The notes beneath the pieces were generated by a model that was given only the letters and a program-made list of their open reading frames with translations, was not told where the DNA came from and did no database searches. From contig DASWME010000254.1 in assembly GCA_036399915.1 (NCBI GenBank), positions 303 to 64,302 on the forward strand: a stretch of 64,000 nucleotides of DNA. Reading direction: 5' to 3'. The DNA is from Thermoanaerobaculia bacterium. Lineage in GTDB: Bacteria; Acidobacteriota; Thermoanaerobaculia; Multivoradales; UBA5704. The first letter of the stretch is position 1. Each line of letters opens with the position of its first letter. Positions 8,890 to 17,743 of the stretch are shown here, piece by piece. The translations under genes and the position numbers were made by a program.

Positions 8890-9675
8890 GTGAGGCCTGG
8901 CGGCAATCCTTCGGCGCGGTGGCTGGCCTACCGCGAGGTGAATCCGCGTGCGCGGATGCGTATGTTCTGCTTTCCCTACGCGGGGGGCGGCGCCTCGGTC
9001 TTCCGGGGCTGGGCGGCCTCGCTGCCCGCCGACATCGAGGTCTGCCCGGTGCAGCTCCCTGGGCGGGAGAGCCGGCTGCGGGACCAGCCGTTCACCCGGG
9101 CCGAGCCCATGGTGAAGGCCGCCGCCGACGCTCTGCAGCCCTATTTCGATCTCCCCTTCCTGTTCTTCGGACACAGCATGGGCGCGGCGGTCGCCTTCGA
9201 GCTGGCGCGGGAGCTGCGCCGGCGCGGCCAGGCCCAGCCCCTGCACCTCTTCGTCTCCGGACGCCGGGCGCCGCACCTGCCGGCCCGCGAGGAGCCCATC
9301 TACGGCTTGCCTGAGCCGGAGTTCCTCGTCAAGCTGCGGGAGCTCAACGGCACGCCGGAGGAGGTGCTCCAGCACGAGGAGCTGATGCGCCTGCTCATCC
9401 CCATCCTGCGGGCTGACTTCGAGCTCAACGAGACCTACGCCTACACCGCGGGGGACCCTCTGGAGGCGGGGATCTCCGCCTATGGGGGCTTAGGCGACGA
9501 GGACGTCACCCGCGAGGACGTGGAAGCCTGGAAGGAGCACACGCAGGGCCGCTTCCGGATGCGGATGCTGCCAGGGGACCACTTCTTCATTCATAGCGCC
9601 AAGGACCTCGTCCTCGAATCCGTTGCCCGCGACCTGGCGGAGATCACGGCCGCGGCGCTGCCCCGCTCCTGGTGA
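8890..9675 (+). CDS. Type II thioesterase (GrsT/TycF-like editing thioesterase)
   Basis: FCFPYAGGGASVF, GHSMGAAVAFE (nucleophile elbow) and LPGDHFF (His). GTG 8890 is 12 nt after the MbtH stop; ATG 8956 is an alternative start. Confidence 0.85.
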   Translation: MRPGGNPSARWLAYREVNPRARMRMFCFPYAGGGASVFRGWAASLPADIEVCPVQLPGRESRLRDQPFTRAEPMVKAAADALQPYFDLPFLFFGHSMGAAVAFELARELRRRGQAQPLHLFVSGRRAPHLPAREEPIYGLPEPEFLVKLRELNGTPEEVLQHEELMRLLIPILRADFELNETYAYTAGDPLEAGISAYGGLGDEDVTREDVEAWKEHTQGRFRMRMLPGDHFFIHSAKDLVLESVARDLAEITAAALPRSW

Positions 9676-10412
9676 CCGGCTTCCCGCCACGCTCCCCGGC
9701 GTCCGGTCTGGCGCTGGCGCCGGGGGAGGTCCATGTCTGGTCCGTCCGGCTCGATCCGCCCGCCGGGGAGGTCGAGCGGCTGGGCCGCTCCCTCTCCGAA
9801 GACGAGTGGGCGCGGGCGAACCGCTTCCGCTTCGAGAAGCACCGGCGGCAGTACGTGGTCGGACGGGGGGCCCTGCGCGAGCTGCTCGCGGCCTATCTGG
9901 GCGTCCGCCCGGAGCTGGTCCGGTTCTCGTATGGCCCTCGGGGCAAGCCCTTCCTCGCGCCGCCCCTGGACGCCCGGGGCCTGCAGTTCAACCTCTCCAA
10001 CTCCGACGAGCTGGCCCTGGTGGGCTTCGTGCTCGGGCCCGAGATCGGCGTGGATATCGAGTACCTGCGGCAGATGTCCGACTGCGAGCAGATCGCCGAG
10101 CGCTTCTTCTCGCAGAGCGAGCGGCAGGTGCTCCGGGGCATTCCGTTCCCCGCCAAGCAGGAGGCCTTCTTCAACTGCTGGACCCGCAAGGAAGCCTACC
10201 TCAAGGCGGTGGGGGAGGGGCTCGCGGCGCCGCTCGACTCCTTCGACGTGACTCTCGCCCTGGGCGATCCTCCCCGCATGCTCACCCTCGAAGGCGATGC
10301 CGGGAGGGCGGCCCGCTGGTTCTTCCACCATCTCCGCCCGGCCCCGGATTACATCGGCGCGGTGGCCATCGAAGGGGGGGGCTGGACGGTGAGGACGTGG
10401 AGGTTCGAGTAG
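9672..10412 (+). CDS. 4'-phosphopantetheinyl transferase, Sfp type
   Basis: IGVDIEY and FFNCWTRKEAYLKAVG (W/FxxKEAxxK) motifs. The GTG start overlaps the thioesterase stop (GTGA at 9672-9675). Confidence 0.9.
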   Translation: MTGFPPRSPASGLALAPGEVHVWSVRLDPPAGEVERLGRSLSEDEWARANRFRFEKHRRQYVVGRGALRELLAAYLGVRPELVRFSYGPRGKPFLAPPLDARGLQFNLSNSDELALVGFVLGPEIGVDIEYLRQMSDCEQIAERFFSQSERQVLRGIPFPAKQEAFFNCWTRKEAYLKAVGEGLAAPLDSFDVTLALGDPPRMLTLEGDAGRAARWFFHHLRPAPDYIGAVAIEGGGWTVRTWRFE

Positions 10413-10431
10413 GGGGCTATACTCTGCGCCC

Positions 10432-11718
10432 ATGTGCGAGCCGGCCGCCGAGGTCAACGCCTCGCTCGAGCGGGACGCCCCGGCCCTGTTCCGGGCCCTC
10501 TCGCCGCTCGGGCGCCGGATCTCCTTCCCCGTTGTCCAGGTGGCGGACGGCAGGGGCGGCGTGGTCCGGCCGCCGGGTCTGGTTGCGGCCTTCGGCGGCC
10601 TTTCCGAGCAGGACCTGAACCAGGCGCTCCTCGACTCTCCCATCGAGGGATTGCCGGAAGTCCGGCGGCGGTGGCGGGAGTGGCAGCGCCGATCGGTTCC
10701 GGCCGGGGCCCCCTCCAGCCTGCCCCTGGTGACCTCCGGCTTGAGCCACGGCCTCTCGCTGCTGGCGGACCTCTTCGGCGGCGAGGGCAGGGCGGTGGCC
10801 ATTCCGCAGCCCTTCTGGGGCAACTACCGGCAGGCTTTCGCCACGCGCACCGGAGCGAAGGTGCTGACCGCCCCCGCCTACGTGGACGGGTGGTACAACC
10901 CCCGCGCCATCTCCGACGCTCTCGCCGGAGTGCCGGCGGGCGAGCCCGCGGTCGCGCTGCTCAACCTCCCCTCGAACCCCGGCGGCTACACGCCGGACCG
11001 CGAGGAGCGCCGGGCCACCGTCCAGGCTCTGCTGGAGGAGGCGGAGCGCCGGCCCCTGGTCGTGGTCTGCGACGACGCCTACGCCGGCCTGGTCTACGAG
11101 CCGGACATACCCCGCGAGTCCCTGTTCTGGGATCTGGCGGGGGCCCACCCGAACCTGGTGGCTGTCAAGGTGGACGGCGCCACCAAGGAGTTCTCCTTCT
11201 TCGGCGGCCGGGTGGGCTTCCTCACTTTCGCCGTGGAGCCGGACTCGGAGGCGGCGCGGTCGCTGGAGAGCAAGGTGAAGATGCTGGTGCGCTCCACCGT
11301 CGGCTCGCCGGTGGCCGCGAGCCAGGTGATCCTGCTCCAGGCCCTCCGGCAGGAGGGGATCGAGCGCGAGGTCGAGGCGGTGCGGCTCCTCCTGGAAGGC
11401 CGGTACCGCGCCCTCAAGGGCGCCCTGGCCGGGGTGGATCCCGGGCTGGTGACGGCGCTCCCTTTCAACTCCGGCTGTTTCGCCCTGGTGGAGCTGCCCG
11501 AGGGGCTCGGCCTGGATTCAGAGACCGTTCGCAAGCACCTGCTGGCCCACCACGACACCGGGCTGATCTCCATCGCCCCGCGCTATCTGCGCATCGCCCA
11601 CTGCTCCGTGGACGCGGGGGCGCTGCCCGAGCTGGTGAGGAGGCTGGAGAGCGGAATCGCGGAGCTGGCGGGGAGCTACAACCCGCGCCAGTATCCCCCG
11701 TCCACCGCGATCGCCTGA
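10432..11718 (+). CDS. PLP-dependent aminotransferase, class I/II (fold type I)
   Basis: [23 protein letters not shown] and [18 protein letters not shown] (Schiff-base Lys context). Confidence 0.8.
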   Translation: MCEPAAEVNASLERDAPALFRALSPLGRRISFPVVQVADGRGGVVRPPGLVAAFGGLSEQDLNQALLDSPIEGLPEVRRRWREWQRRSVPAGAPSSLPLVTSGLSHGLSLLADLFGGEGRAVAIPQPFWGNYRQAFATRTGAKVLTAPAYVDGWYNPRAISDALAGVPAGEPAVALLNLPSNPGGYTPDREERRATVQALLEEAERRPLVVVCDDAYAGLVYEPDIPRESLFWDLAGAHPNLVAVKVDGATKEFSFFGGRVGFLTFAVEPDSEAARSLESKVKMLVRSTVGSPVAASQVILLQALRQEGIEREVEAVRLLLEGRYRALKGALAGVDPGLVTALPFNSGCFALVELPEGLGLDSETVRKHLLAHHDTGLISIAPRYLRIAHCSVDAGALPELVRRLESGIAELAGSYNPRQYPPSTAIA

Positions 11719-12464
11719 CCCGTCACGTACGAGGCGGCCGGAGAGCAGAGGAAGGCCACGACCTCGCCGATCTCCTCGGGCTCGGCCATGCGGCCCATCG
11801 GGGTGTCGCCGATCCAGCCGGCGACGACCTCCTCCCTGGGCCTGCCGGTGCGGGCGGACGCGGCGGCGGCCAGCTCCTCCTGGCGCTCCGTCCGCGTATA
11901 GCCGGGCAGCACGGCGTTGACCGTGACGCCCTCCGCGGCGACTTCCTGGGAAAGGGTCTTCAGGTAGCCCAGCACGGCGGGGCGCAGCGCGTTCGAGAGG
12001 GCAAGGCCCGGGATGGGCTGGCGGGACGAGATCGAGTTGACGGCCACGATCCGCCCCCAGCGGCGCTCGCGCATGCCGGGCAGGACGAGCCGGCACAGGC
12101 GCGGCACGAAGAGCAGGGCGAGGGGGATGGCGGCCTGCCAGTCCTCCTCCGTGACCTCGGCCGCGGGCTTGGCAGGGGGGCCGCCGCCGTTGGCGACCAG
12201 GACATCCACGGATCCGAGCCGCCGCTCCATCTCCTCGACGAGCCGGGCGAGGGATGCGGCGTCACGTACGTCGGCGGCCGCCGCCACAACCTCGGTCCCC
12301 TCGTCAGCAAGGCGCTCGCGGGCCGCCTCCAGCTTCTCGCCGCCCCGGCTGGCGATGGCGAGGCGGGCTCCCCGGCGGGCGAGGGCCCGGGCCGCGGCAA
12401 ACCCGAGGCCGCTGCTGGCGCCGGTCACCAGGGCGACGCGGCCCGCGAGGTCCCCGGCCGTCAT
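11676..12464 (-). CDS. SDR-family oxidoreductase
   Basis: [11 protein letters not shown] Rossmann motif and a C-terminal [14 protein letters not shown]. The 3' end overlaps the convergent aminotransferase gene by 43 nt. Confidence 0.85.
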   Translation of the reverse strand: MTAGDLAGRVALVTGASSGLGFAAARALARRGARLAIASRGGEKLEAARERLADEGTEVVAAAADVRDAASLARLVEEMERRLGSVDVLVANGGGPPAKPAAEVTEEDWQAAIPLALLFVPRLCRLVLPGMRERRWGRIVAVNSISSRQPIPGLALSNALRPAVLGYLKTLSQEVAAEGVTVNAVLPGYTRTERQEELAAAASARTGRPREEVVAGWIGDTPMGRMAEPEEIGEVVAFLCSPAASYVTGQAIAVDGGYWRGL

Positions 12465-13339
12465 CGAATTCTCTCCCCGTTCTCGTCGTAGGTGTAGACG
12501 CCCCTGCCCACCTTGCGGCCGAGCCGGCCGGCGCGGACGTGCTGGACGAGGATCTGGTTGGGCCGGTAGGCCTCGCCCAGGGTGCGGTGGAGGAACTCCA
12601 GGATCGACAGGCGGACGTCGAGCCCCACGAGGTCCACCATCTCGAAGGGTCCCATGGGGTGGTTGAGGCCGAGCTTCAGGGCCTTGTCGATGTCCTCGGC
12701 GCTGGCCACCCCCTCCTGCAGCATGCGGAAGGCCTCGTTGCCGATCAGGGCGTTGATGCGGCTGGTGACGAACCCGGGGGCCTCGTTGACCGTGACGATC
12801 TCCTTGCCCATGCGCTCGCCCACCCGGCGGAGGGCGTCCAGGGTCTCCCTGGAGGTCTCCAGGCCCCGGACCAGCTCGATGAGCTTCATCACGTGCACCG
12901 GATTGAAGAAGTGCATGCCCGCGAAGCGGTCCGGCCGGCCGGTGGCGGCGGCCATCTCGGTGATGGACAGGGCCGAGGTGTTCGACGCCAGGAGGGCGTT
13001 CTCCGGGCAGCTCCGGACGACCTCCTCAAAGGTGCGGATCTTGAGGCCCATGTCCTCGGGCACGGCCTCGATGATGAGGCCGGCCTCGCGGACGGCGCCG
13101 GCGAGGTCGTCGTGAAGGTGGAGACCGGCCCTGGCACGCTCCGCCGTCTCGGGGTCGACCTTCTTCAGCTCGACCCCCTTGGCGAGGTTGCGGTGGATGG
13201 TGGACTCGGCCTTCTGCAGGGCCTCGGGGAACGGGTCGTACAGGTGCGTGGCAATGCCGGCGAGGGCTGAGACGTGGGCGATGCCACGCCCCATCGTGCC
13301 GGCGCCGAGCACGGCGATCGTGGAGATCTGGGGTTCCAT
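12461..13339 (-). CDS. hbd: 3-hydroxyacyl/3-hydroxybutyryl-CoA dehydrogenase
   Basis: [32 protein letters not shown] and [15 protein letters not shown]. The stop overlaps the SDR start (ATGA). Confidence 0.9.
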   Translation of the reverse strand: MEPQISTIAVLGAGTMGRGIAHVSALAGIATHLYDPFPEALQKAESTIHRNLAKGVELKKVDPETAERARAGLHLHDDLAGAVREAGLIIEAVPEDMGLKIRTFEEVVRSCPENALLASNTSALSITEMAAATGRPDRFAGMHFFNPVHVMKLIELVRGLETSRETLDALRRVGERMGKEIVTVNEAPGFVTSRINALIGNEAFRMLQEGVASAEDIDKALKLGLNHPMGPFEMVDLVGLDVRLSILEFLHRTLGEAYRPNQILVQHVRAGRLGRKVGRGVYTYDENGERIR

Positions 13340-13348
13340 GGTCCTCTT

Positions 13349-14062
13349 TTAGGAGACGGGGATGTTGTGGACGCCGGTGGTCTTGGCGGCCAGGTTGCGC
13401 AGCTCGTCGGCGATGGCCAGCGTGTTGCGCACGGCGGAGCCGGCGAGCTCCTGGAGCTCGGGCGTCGTGGCGTACTTCTCCAGGATCTCGCGGCCGAGGT
13501 GGTGATGGTGGGCCTCCTCGGGCTGGATGGTCTCGTCGTACAGCCGCGCCGTGCCGAGGTCGCCCACCGAGCGGCAGAAGTTCACGAACTGGGCGTTGCG
13601 CACCTGGGCGATGGCCTCGCTGGCGAAGGGGCCCGCGGCGATGCGCTCGACCGTGGTGCGCAGGCCGCGCAGGTACTGGTAGAGGGGGCTGTGGCCCTCG
13701 GCCAGCGGGTCGAAGTCCGTCAGGTCCTCCCCCAGCTCGGCCAGGCGTTGGCTGATCAGACCGTAGTGCTTCATCTCGTCGCCGCACTGGAGGGCGAGGG
13801 CCATCTTGGCGTCCACCTCGGGGGTGGTGGGCATCCAGAAGCCGGCGAGCTCGCTCGCTTCGAGCTCGCTCTTGAGGGCCAGGCGCAGCAGGGTGACCAC
13901 GTCCACCTTGCCGTCGGCTTCGGACTCCAGGGTCTCCGTCTCTCCCAGGCGCGCGAAGAGCCGGTCCATCTCCTCGACCAGTTGCGCGACGAATTCCTTG
14001 CTGTTCACGGGAGCCCCTCCTCTCGATTCCGCTGCGGCGGGGCCGCGGCGGTTGGATTCCAT
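13349..14062 (-). CDS. Ferritin-like (putative diiron-carboxylate) protein
   Basis: Paired E...ExxH-like segments (SELEASELAGFW, CGDEMKHYG, FASEAIAQV, QPEEAHHHHLG). The more likely start is GTG 14008, preceded by AGGAGG. Function not identifiable by eye. Confidence 0.55.
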   Translation of the reverse strand: MESNRRGPAAAESRGGAPVNSKEFVAQLVEEMDRLFARLGETETLESEADGKVDVVTLLRLALKSELEASELAGFWMPTTPEVDAKMALALQCGDEMKHYGLISQRLAELGEDLTDFDPLAEGHSPLYQYLRGLRTTVERIAAGPFASEAIAQVRNAQFVNFCRSVGDLGTARLYDETIQPEEAHHHHLGREILEKYATTPELQELAGSAVRNTLAIADELRNLAAKTTGVHNIPVS

Positions 14063-14087
14063 CTTCCGGCTATTCTATCCCGTAACT

Positions 14088-14711
14088 TCAGGCCTCGAGG
14101 CTCCTCAACACCGCCCGCACCGGCGAGGCGTCGAGCCCCGCCATCCGCAGCGGCAGGGCGATCAGCTCGTAGACCCCCTCCGGCACGCCGTCGAGCACCA
14201 GCCCCTCGAGGATGGCGATGCCGGCCCGGAACAGGGTGTGGTGGGCGTCCAGCGTCTTGCTGTCGAAAGGATCGACGGAGGGGGTGTCCATCCCCACCAG
14301 GAGAGCGCCCTTCTCGGCGAGCAGGAGGGCCAGCTCGGGCGACAGGGCGGTGAACCGCTCGGGAAAGGTGCGGCGGTCGCGGACGCTCTCGCTCTTGAAC
14401 AGCAGCCGGCCCGGGTTGGCGAGGTCGAGCCCCTCCACGTGCCGCGGCTCGATCAGCGGCTGCGGCGGCACCCGCACCACCCGGCAGGGCCCGAGATAAG
14501 GGTCGAGCGGCATGTCGGCCATCCCCTCGCCGCGAGGCTCGGTGTGGAACGGGGCGTCAGCGTGCGAGCCGAGGTGGGGGGTCGTGGTGATCGCAGAGAG
14601 GTTGACGCTGGCTCCCTCGGCAATGGACCACGTCAGCCGGGACTGGAACGGGGTATCGCCCGGCCAGACGGGGATCTCCGGGCGGATGACGGGCGAGAGG
14701 TCGTAGAGCAT
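14088..14711 (-). CDS. Cyclase-family protein / kynurenine formamidase-like
   Basis: TTPHLGSHADAPFH matches the HxGTHxDxPxH-type metal motif of the KynB/cyclase family. 207 aa. Confidence 0.75.
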   Translation of the reverse strand: MLYDLSPVIRPEIPVWPGDTPFQSRLTWSIAEGASVNLSAITTTPHLGSHADAPFHTEPRGEGMADMPLDPYLGPCRVVRVPPQPLIEPRHVEGLDLANPGRLLFKSESVRDRRTFPERFTALSPELALLLAEKGALLVGMDTPSVDPFDSKTLDAHHTLFRAGIAILEGLVLDGVPEGVYELIALPLRMAGLDASPVRAVLRSLEA

Positions 14712-14834
14712 GAGCGCCCCTCCTTGCCCACCGGATCATAGCGGGACAGGCTTCGCCGGACCAGCGCAGGTGGGACGCGCAGGGACGCGGGCATGCTGCG
14801 CCCCTGCGGGACCGGCCTGGACGCGAAGGGAAAA

Positions 14835-15275
14835 TCAGCCCGGCTCGGAGATCTTCTCCAGGACCCGGCTGAAGTCCTTGCGGCCCACGGCCTCCAGCTC
14901 GCGGGCGAGGTCCGCCTGGGCGACGATGCCGACGACGCGGTCGCGGTCGTCGACCACGGGGACCCGCCGCACCTGCTGGCTGGACATGACGTGCTCGACC
15001 GCGTCCAAGTCGTCGTCCACCTTCACCGAGGAGACGTTGCGGGTCATCGCCTCCCGGATCGGCGTGTTGCCGTCCTGGCCGCGGGCCAGGATCCGGATGG
15101 CGAGGTCGCGGTCGGTCACCATCCCGACCAGCCTCATCGAGTCGCGGCTCTCGACCACGGGAAGGCTCCCGCAGTCATTGTCCTGCATCAGCCGGGCGGC
15201 GTCCTGAGCGCTGGTCTCCGGAGTGCACACCGCGGGGTTCTCGGTCATGATGTCTCGGGCGTTCTTCGATGCCAT
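14835..15275 (-). CDS. CBS-pair domain protein
   Basis: 146 aa from ATG 15275, with an AAGGAGGA RBS. Two CBS repeats (ARDIMTENPAVCTP...LPVV, IREAMTRNVSSVKVDD...VPVVD). The rest of ORF 14835..16202 is antisense to folE. Confidence 0.85.
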   Translation of the reverse strand: MASKNARDIMTENPAVCTPETSAQDAARLMQDNDCGSLPVVESRDSMRLVGMVTDRDLAIRILARGQDGNTPIREAMTRNVSSVKVDDDLDAVEHVMSSQQVRRVPVVDDRDRVVGIVAQADLARELEAVGRKDFSRVLEKISEPG

Positions 15276-15416
15276 AACAATTTCCTCCTTGTTGAAGGAA
15301 CCTTCAGGGGAGGTGCCTCCGGCGAGGCACCGGATACCGGACCCCGTTGCAAGAACGCTACCGTCTCCGCCCTGTTGTAGGATAGAAGGCCGCTTCGCGG
15401 AGAGCGGGAGAGCGCC

Positions 15417-16055
15417 ATGAGCAAAGAGCCGGAAGTCATCGTCCCCGACCACGTGCCGCCGATCGCCCTGACGGAGCTGGACGACGAGGAGCAGCGCAAG
15501 CTCGCCACCATCTCCCACCACGTGCGGGGAATCCTCACGGCCCTGGGGTTGGACCTCAAGGACCCGAACCTCGCCGAGACCGATCTGCGGGTCGCCAAGA
15601 TGTACCTGGAGATGTTCCACGGCCTCTCGGAGGGGGCGGAGCCCAAGGTGACGACCTTCCCCAACGAGGAGGGCTACAGCCACATGGTGATGGAGAAGCA
15701 GATTCCCTTCTATTCCATGTGCGCCCACCACCTGGTGCCCTTCTACGGGCACGCCCATATCGCCTACATTCCGCGCGACAACATCCTGGGGCTGTCGAAG
15801 TTCTCCCGCATCCTGGAGTTCTACGCCAAGCGGCCGCAGCTCCAGGAGCGGCTGACCGAGCAGGTGGTGACATTCTTCGAGGAGAAGCTCCATCCCCTGG
15901 GGGCCATGGTGGTCATCGAGGCGCGGCACCTCTGCGTCGAGATGCGTGGGGTCAAGAAACCGGGAGCGCTCACGGTGACCTCGGCGATCCGCGGGATCTT
16001 CCATCAGAAGCAGGTCCGGGAGGAGTTCCTCGATCTGCTCCGCCGCAATGGCTAA
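15417..16055 (+). CDS. folE: GTP cyclohydrolase I
   Basis: FYSMCAHHLVPFYGHAHIAYIP and EARHLCVEMRGV motifs. Confidence 0.9.
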   Translation: MSKEPEVIVPDHVPPIALTELDDEEQRKLATISHHVRGILTALGLDLKDPNLAETDLRVAKMYLEMFHGLSEGAEPKVTTFPNEEGYSHMVMEKQIPFYSMCAHHLVPFYGHAHIAYIPRDNILGLSKFSRILEFYAKRPQLQERLTEQVVTFFEEKLHPLGAMVVIEARHLCVEMRGVKKPGALTVTSAIRGIFHQKQVREEFLDLLRRNG

Positions 16056-16647
16056 ACCCGGCCCGGTCCTCCTGCTGCTGGCGCTCCTCGCCGCGGGCTG
16101 CGGCGGCGGAGCGGTCTCCGCTCCCCGCTCCCTCGCGGAGCTGACGAACCCCTTCCTCGGGCCCGAGTACACCGCCTGGCTCGTGGGCGCGGTCTCGCGC
16201 ATCGCGACCCCCCAGGAGGTCCAGGAATACCTGGCGCTGAAGGACGACCCGCAGGCCGCCGCGTTCGTCCAGGCCTTCTGGGACCGCCGCGATCCGGCGC
16301 CCGACAGGCCCGGGAACCCGATCCGCGAGGCGTTCGACCAGCGCTCGACCGATGCTGACCGCCTCTACAGCGAGGCCGGCTTCCAGGGCCGCCGTACCGA
16401 CCGCGGCGTGCTCTACGTCCTCTACGGACCCCCGGAGAAGGTGGACTTCGAGGTGTCGCCCGTGCCGAACGGGCCGCCCGTCGAGGTCTGGACGTACGGC
16501 TCCAGCTCCCCTTCCGGGCTCGACGGCAAGCGCCCGGCCGGCGTCTACCGCTTCATCAAGCAGGGCGAGCTTACGGTGTTCTATGTGCCTGGCCAGCGGT
16601 CCCTCGATCCCCTGCTCCGGCCGCAGCCCCAGGAGCCGCCCTTGTAG
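16048..16647 (+). CDS. GWxTD-domain-like lipoprotein
   Basis: Lipobox LLAAGC. GRRTDRGVLYVLYGPPE resembles the GWxTDRG...YG.P core, with W replaced by R. Overlaps the folE stop by 8 nt. Confidence 0.6.
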   Translation: MAKPGPVLLLLALLAAGCGGGAVSAPRSLAELTNPFLGPEYTAWLVGAVSRIATPQEVQEYLALKDDPQAAAFVQAFWDRRDPAPDRPGNPIREAFDQRSTDADRLYSEAGFQGRRTDRGVLYVLYGPPEKVDFEVSPVPNGPPVEVWTYGSSSPSGLDGKRPAGVYRFIKQGELTVFYVPGQRSLDPLLRPQPQEPPL

Positions 16648-16672
16648 TCTTTCCCTTGGAGGATTTCGCGTC

Positions 16673-17743
16673 ATGATCGAGGCTCGCGCCGTGCTTGCGG
16701 GAACCGGCATCTGCGTACCGCCGCTTGAGGTCGACAACTTCATGCTGACCCGCATCATCGAGACCAGTGACGAGTGGATCCGGGAGCGCAGCGGCGTCTT
16801 GACCCGTTACTATGTCGAGCCGGGCGTGGGCTCCTCCGATCTCGGAGCCGAGGCGGCGCGGGCGGCCCTCGACGACGCGGGGATCGGGGTGGACGAGGTG
16901 GACTACCTGGTCTGCGCCACCATGACGCCGGACCACTACTTTCCGGGCACGGGAACCCTGATCCAGCAGAAGCTTGGGCTGCGGGCCCTGCCGGCGCTCG
17001 ACCTCCGCCAGCAGTGCGCAGGCTTCGCCTACGGCCTCCAGGTGGTGGACGCGCTGATCCGGAGCGGGGCCGCCCGCACGGTCCTGCTGGTCGGCGCCGA
17101 CGTCCACACCGCTCTGATGCCCTTCAGCGCGCGGACCTTCGAGGTGTTGCACGGGCGTGACCCCGGCCCCTTGTCGGAGGAGGAGTTCCAATGGAACTCC
17201 CAGTTCCGGCACCTGCTGGTGCTGTTCGGGGACGGCGCCGGTGCCATGGTCTTCCGGGCGGAGGCGGCCGACGGCCGCGGCATCCTCGCTTCGGCGCTCT
17301 ACGGCGACGGCAACCACAAGGACATCCTCTACGTCCCCGGCGGCGGCTCGGCGCGCCGGCCCTTCGTGAGCTGCGAGATGATCCGGACCGCCGAAACGGT
17401 GCCGGTGATGGACGGCAAGGCGGTCTTCAAGCTGGCCGTCACCCGCATGCCGGAAGCCACCCAGGAAGTGCTCCAGCGCTGCGGCTACAGCACCGCGGAC
17501 CTGGACCTGGTCATCATGCACCAGGCCAATCTGCGCATCAACGAGAAGGCGCAGCAGATCCTCGGCCTGCCGGACGAGAAGGTCCACAACAACATCCAGA
17601 AGTACGGCAACACCACCTCCGCCACGCTGCCCCTCGCCTTCCACGAGGCGCGCCAGGCCGGCAAGGCTCCGGAAGGCTCGCTCGTGGTTTTTACCGCCCT
17701 GGGCGCTGGGCTCCACTGGGGGGCGGTGCTGATGCGGGTCTGA
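16673..17743 (+). CDS. fabH: 3-oxoacyl-ACP synthase III family (FabH-like) with an internal insertion
   Basis: Cys-His-Asn triad contexts: LRQQCAGFAYGL, VIMHQANLRIN and KYGNTTSATLP. There is extra sequence (TALMPFSARTFEVLHGRDPGPLSEEEFQWNSQF) before LFGDGAGA. ATG 16673 follows GGAGGA. Confidence 0.85.
   Translation: MIEARAVLAGTGICVPPLEVDNFMLTRIIETSDEWIRERSGVLTRYYVEPGVGSSDLGAEAARAALDDAGIGVDEVDYLVCATMTPDHYFPGTGTLIQQKLGLRALPALDLRQQCAGFAYGLQVVDALIRSGAARTVLLVGADVHTALMPFSARTFEVLHGRDPGPLSEEEFQWNSQFRHLLVLFGDGAGAMVFRAEAADGRGILASALYGDGNHKDILYVPGGGSARRPFVSCEMIRTAETVPVMDGKAVFKLAVTRMPEATQEVLQRCGYSTADLDLVIMHQANLRINEKAQQILGLPDEKVHNNIQKYGNTTSATLPLAFHEARQAGKAPEGSLVVFTALGAGLHWGAVLMRV

Noticed and set aside
14740-14825. 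Cluster of GGGAC/CGGAC words between the KynB-like and CBS genes, as a third phased array
   Set aside because: Spacings are irregular (14, 15, 10, 26, 10 bp), and such words are common at this GC content. There is no periodicity.
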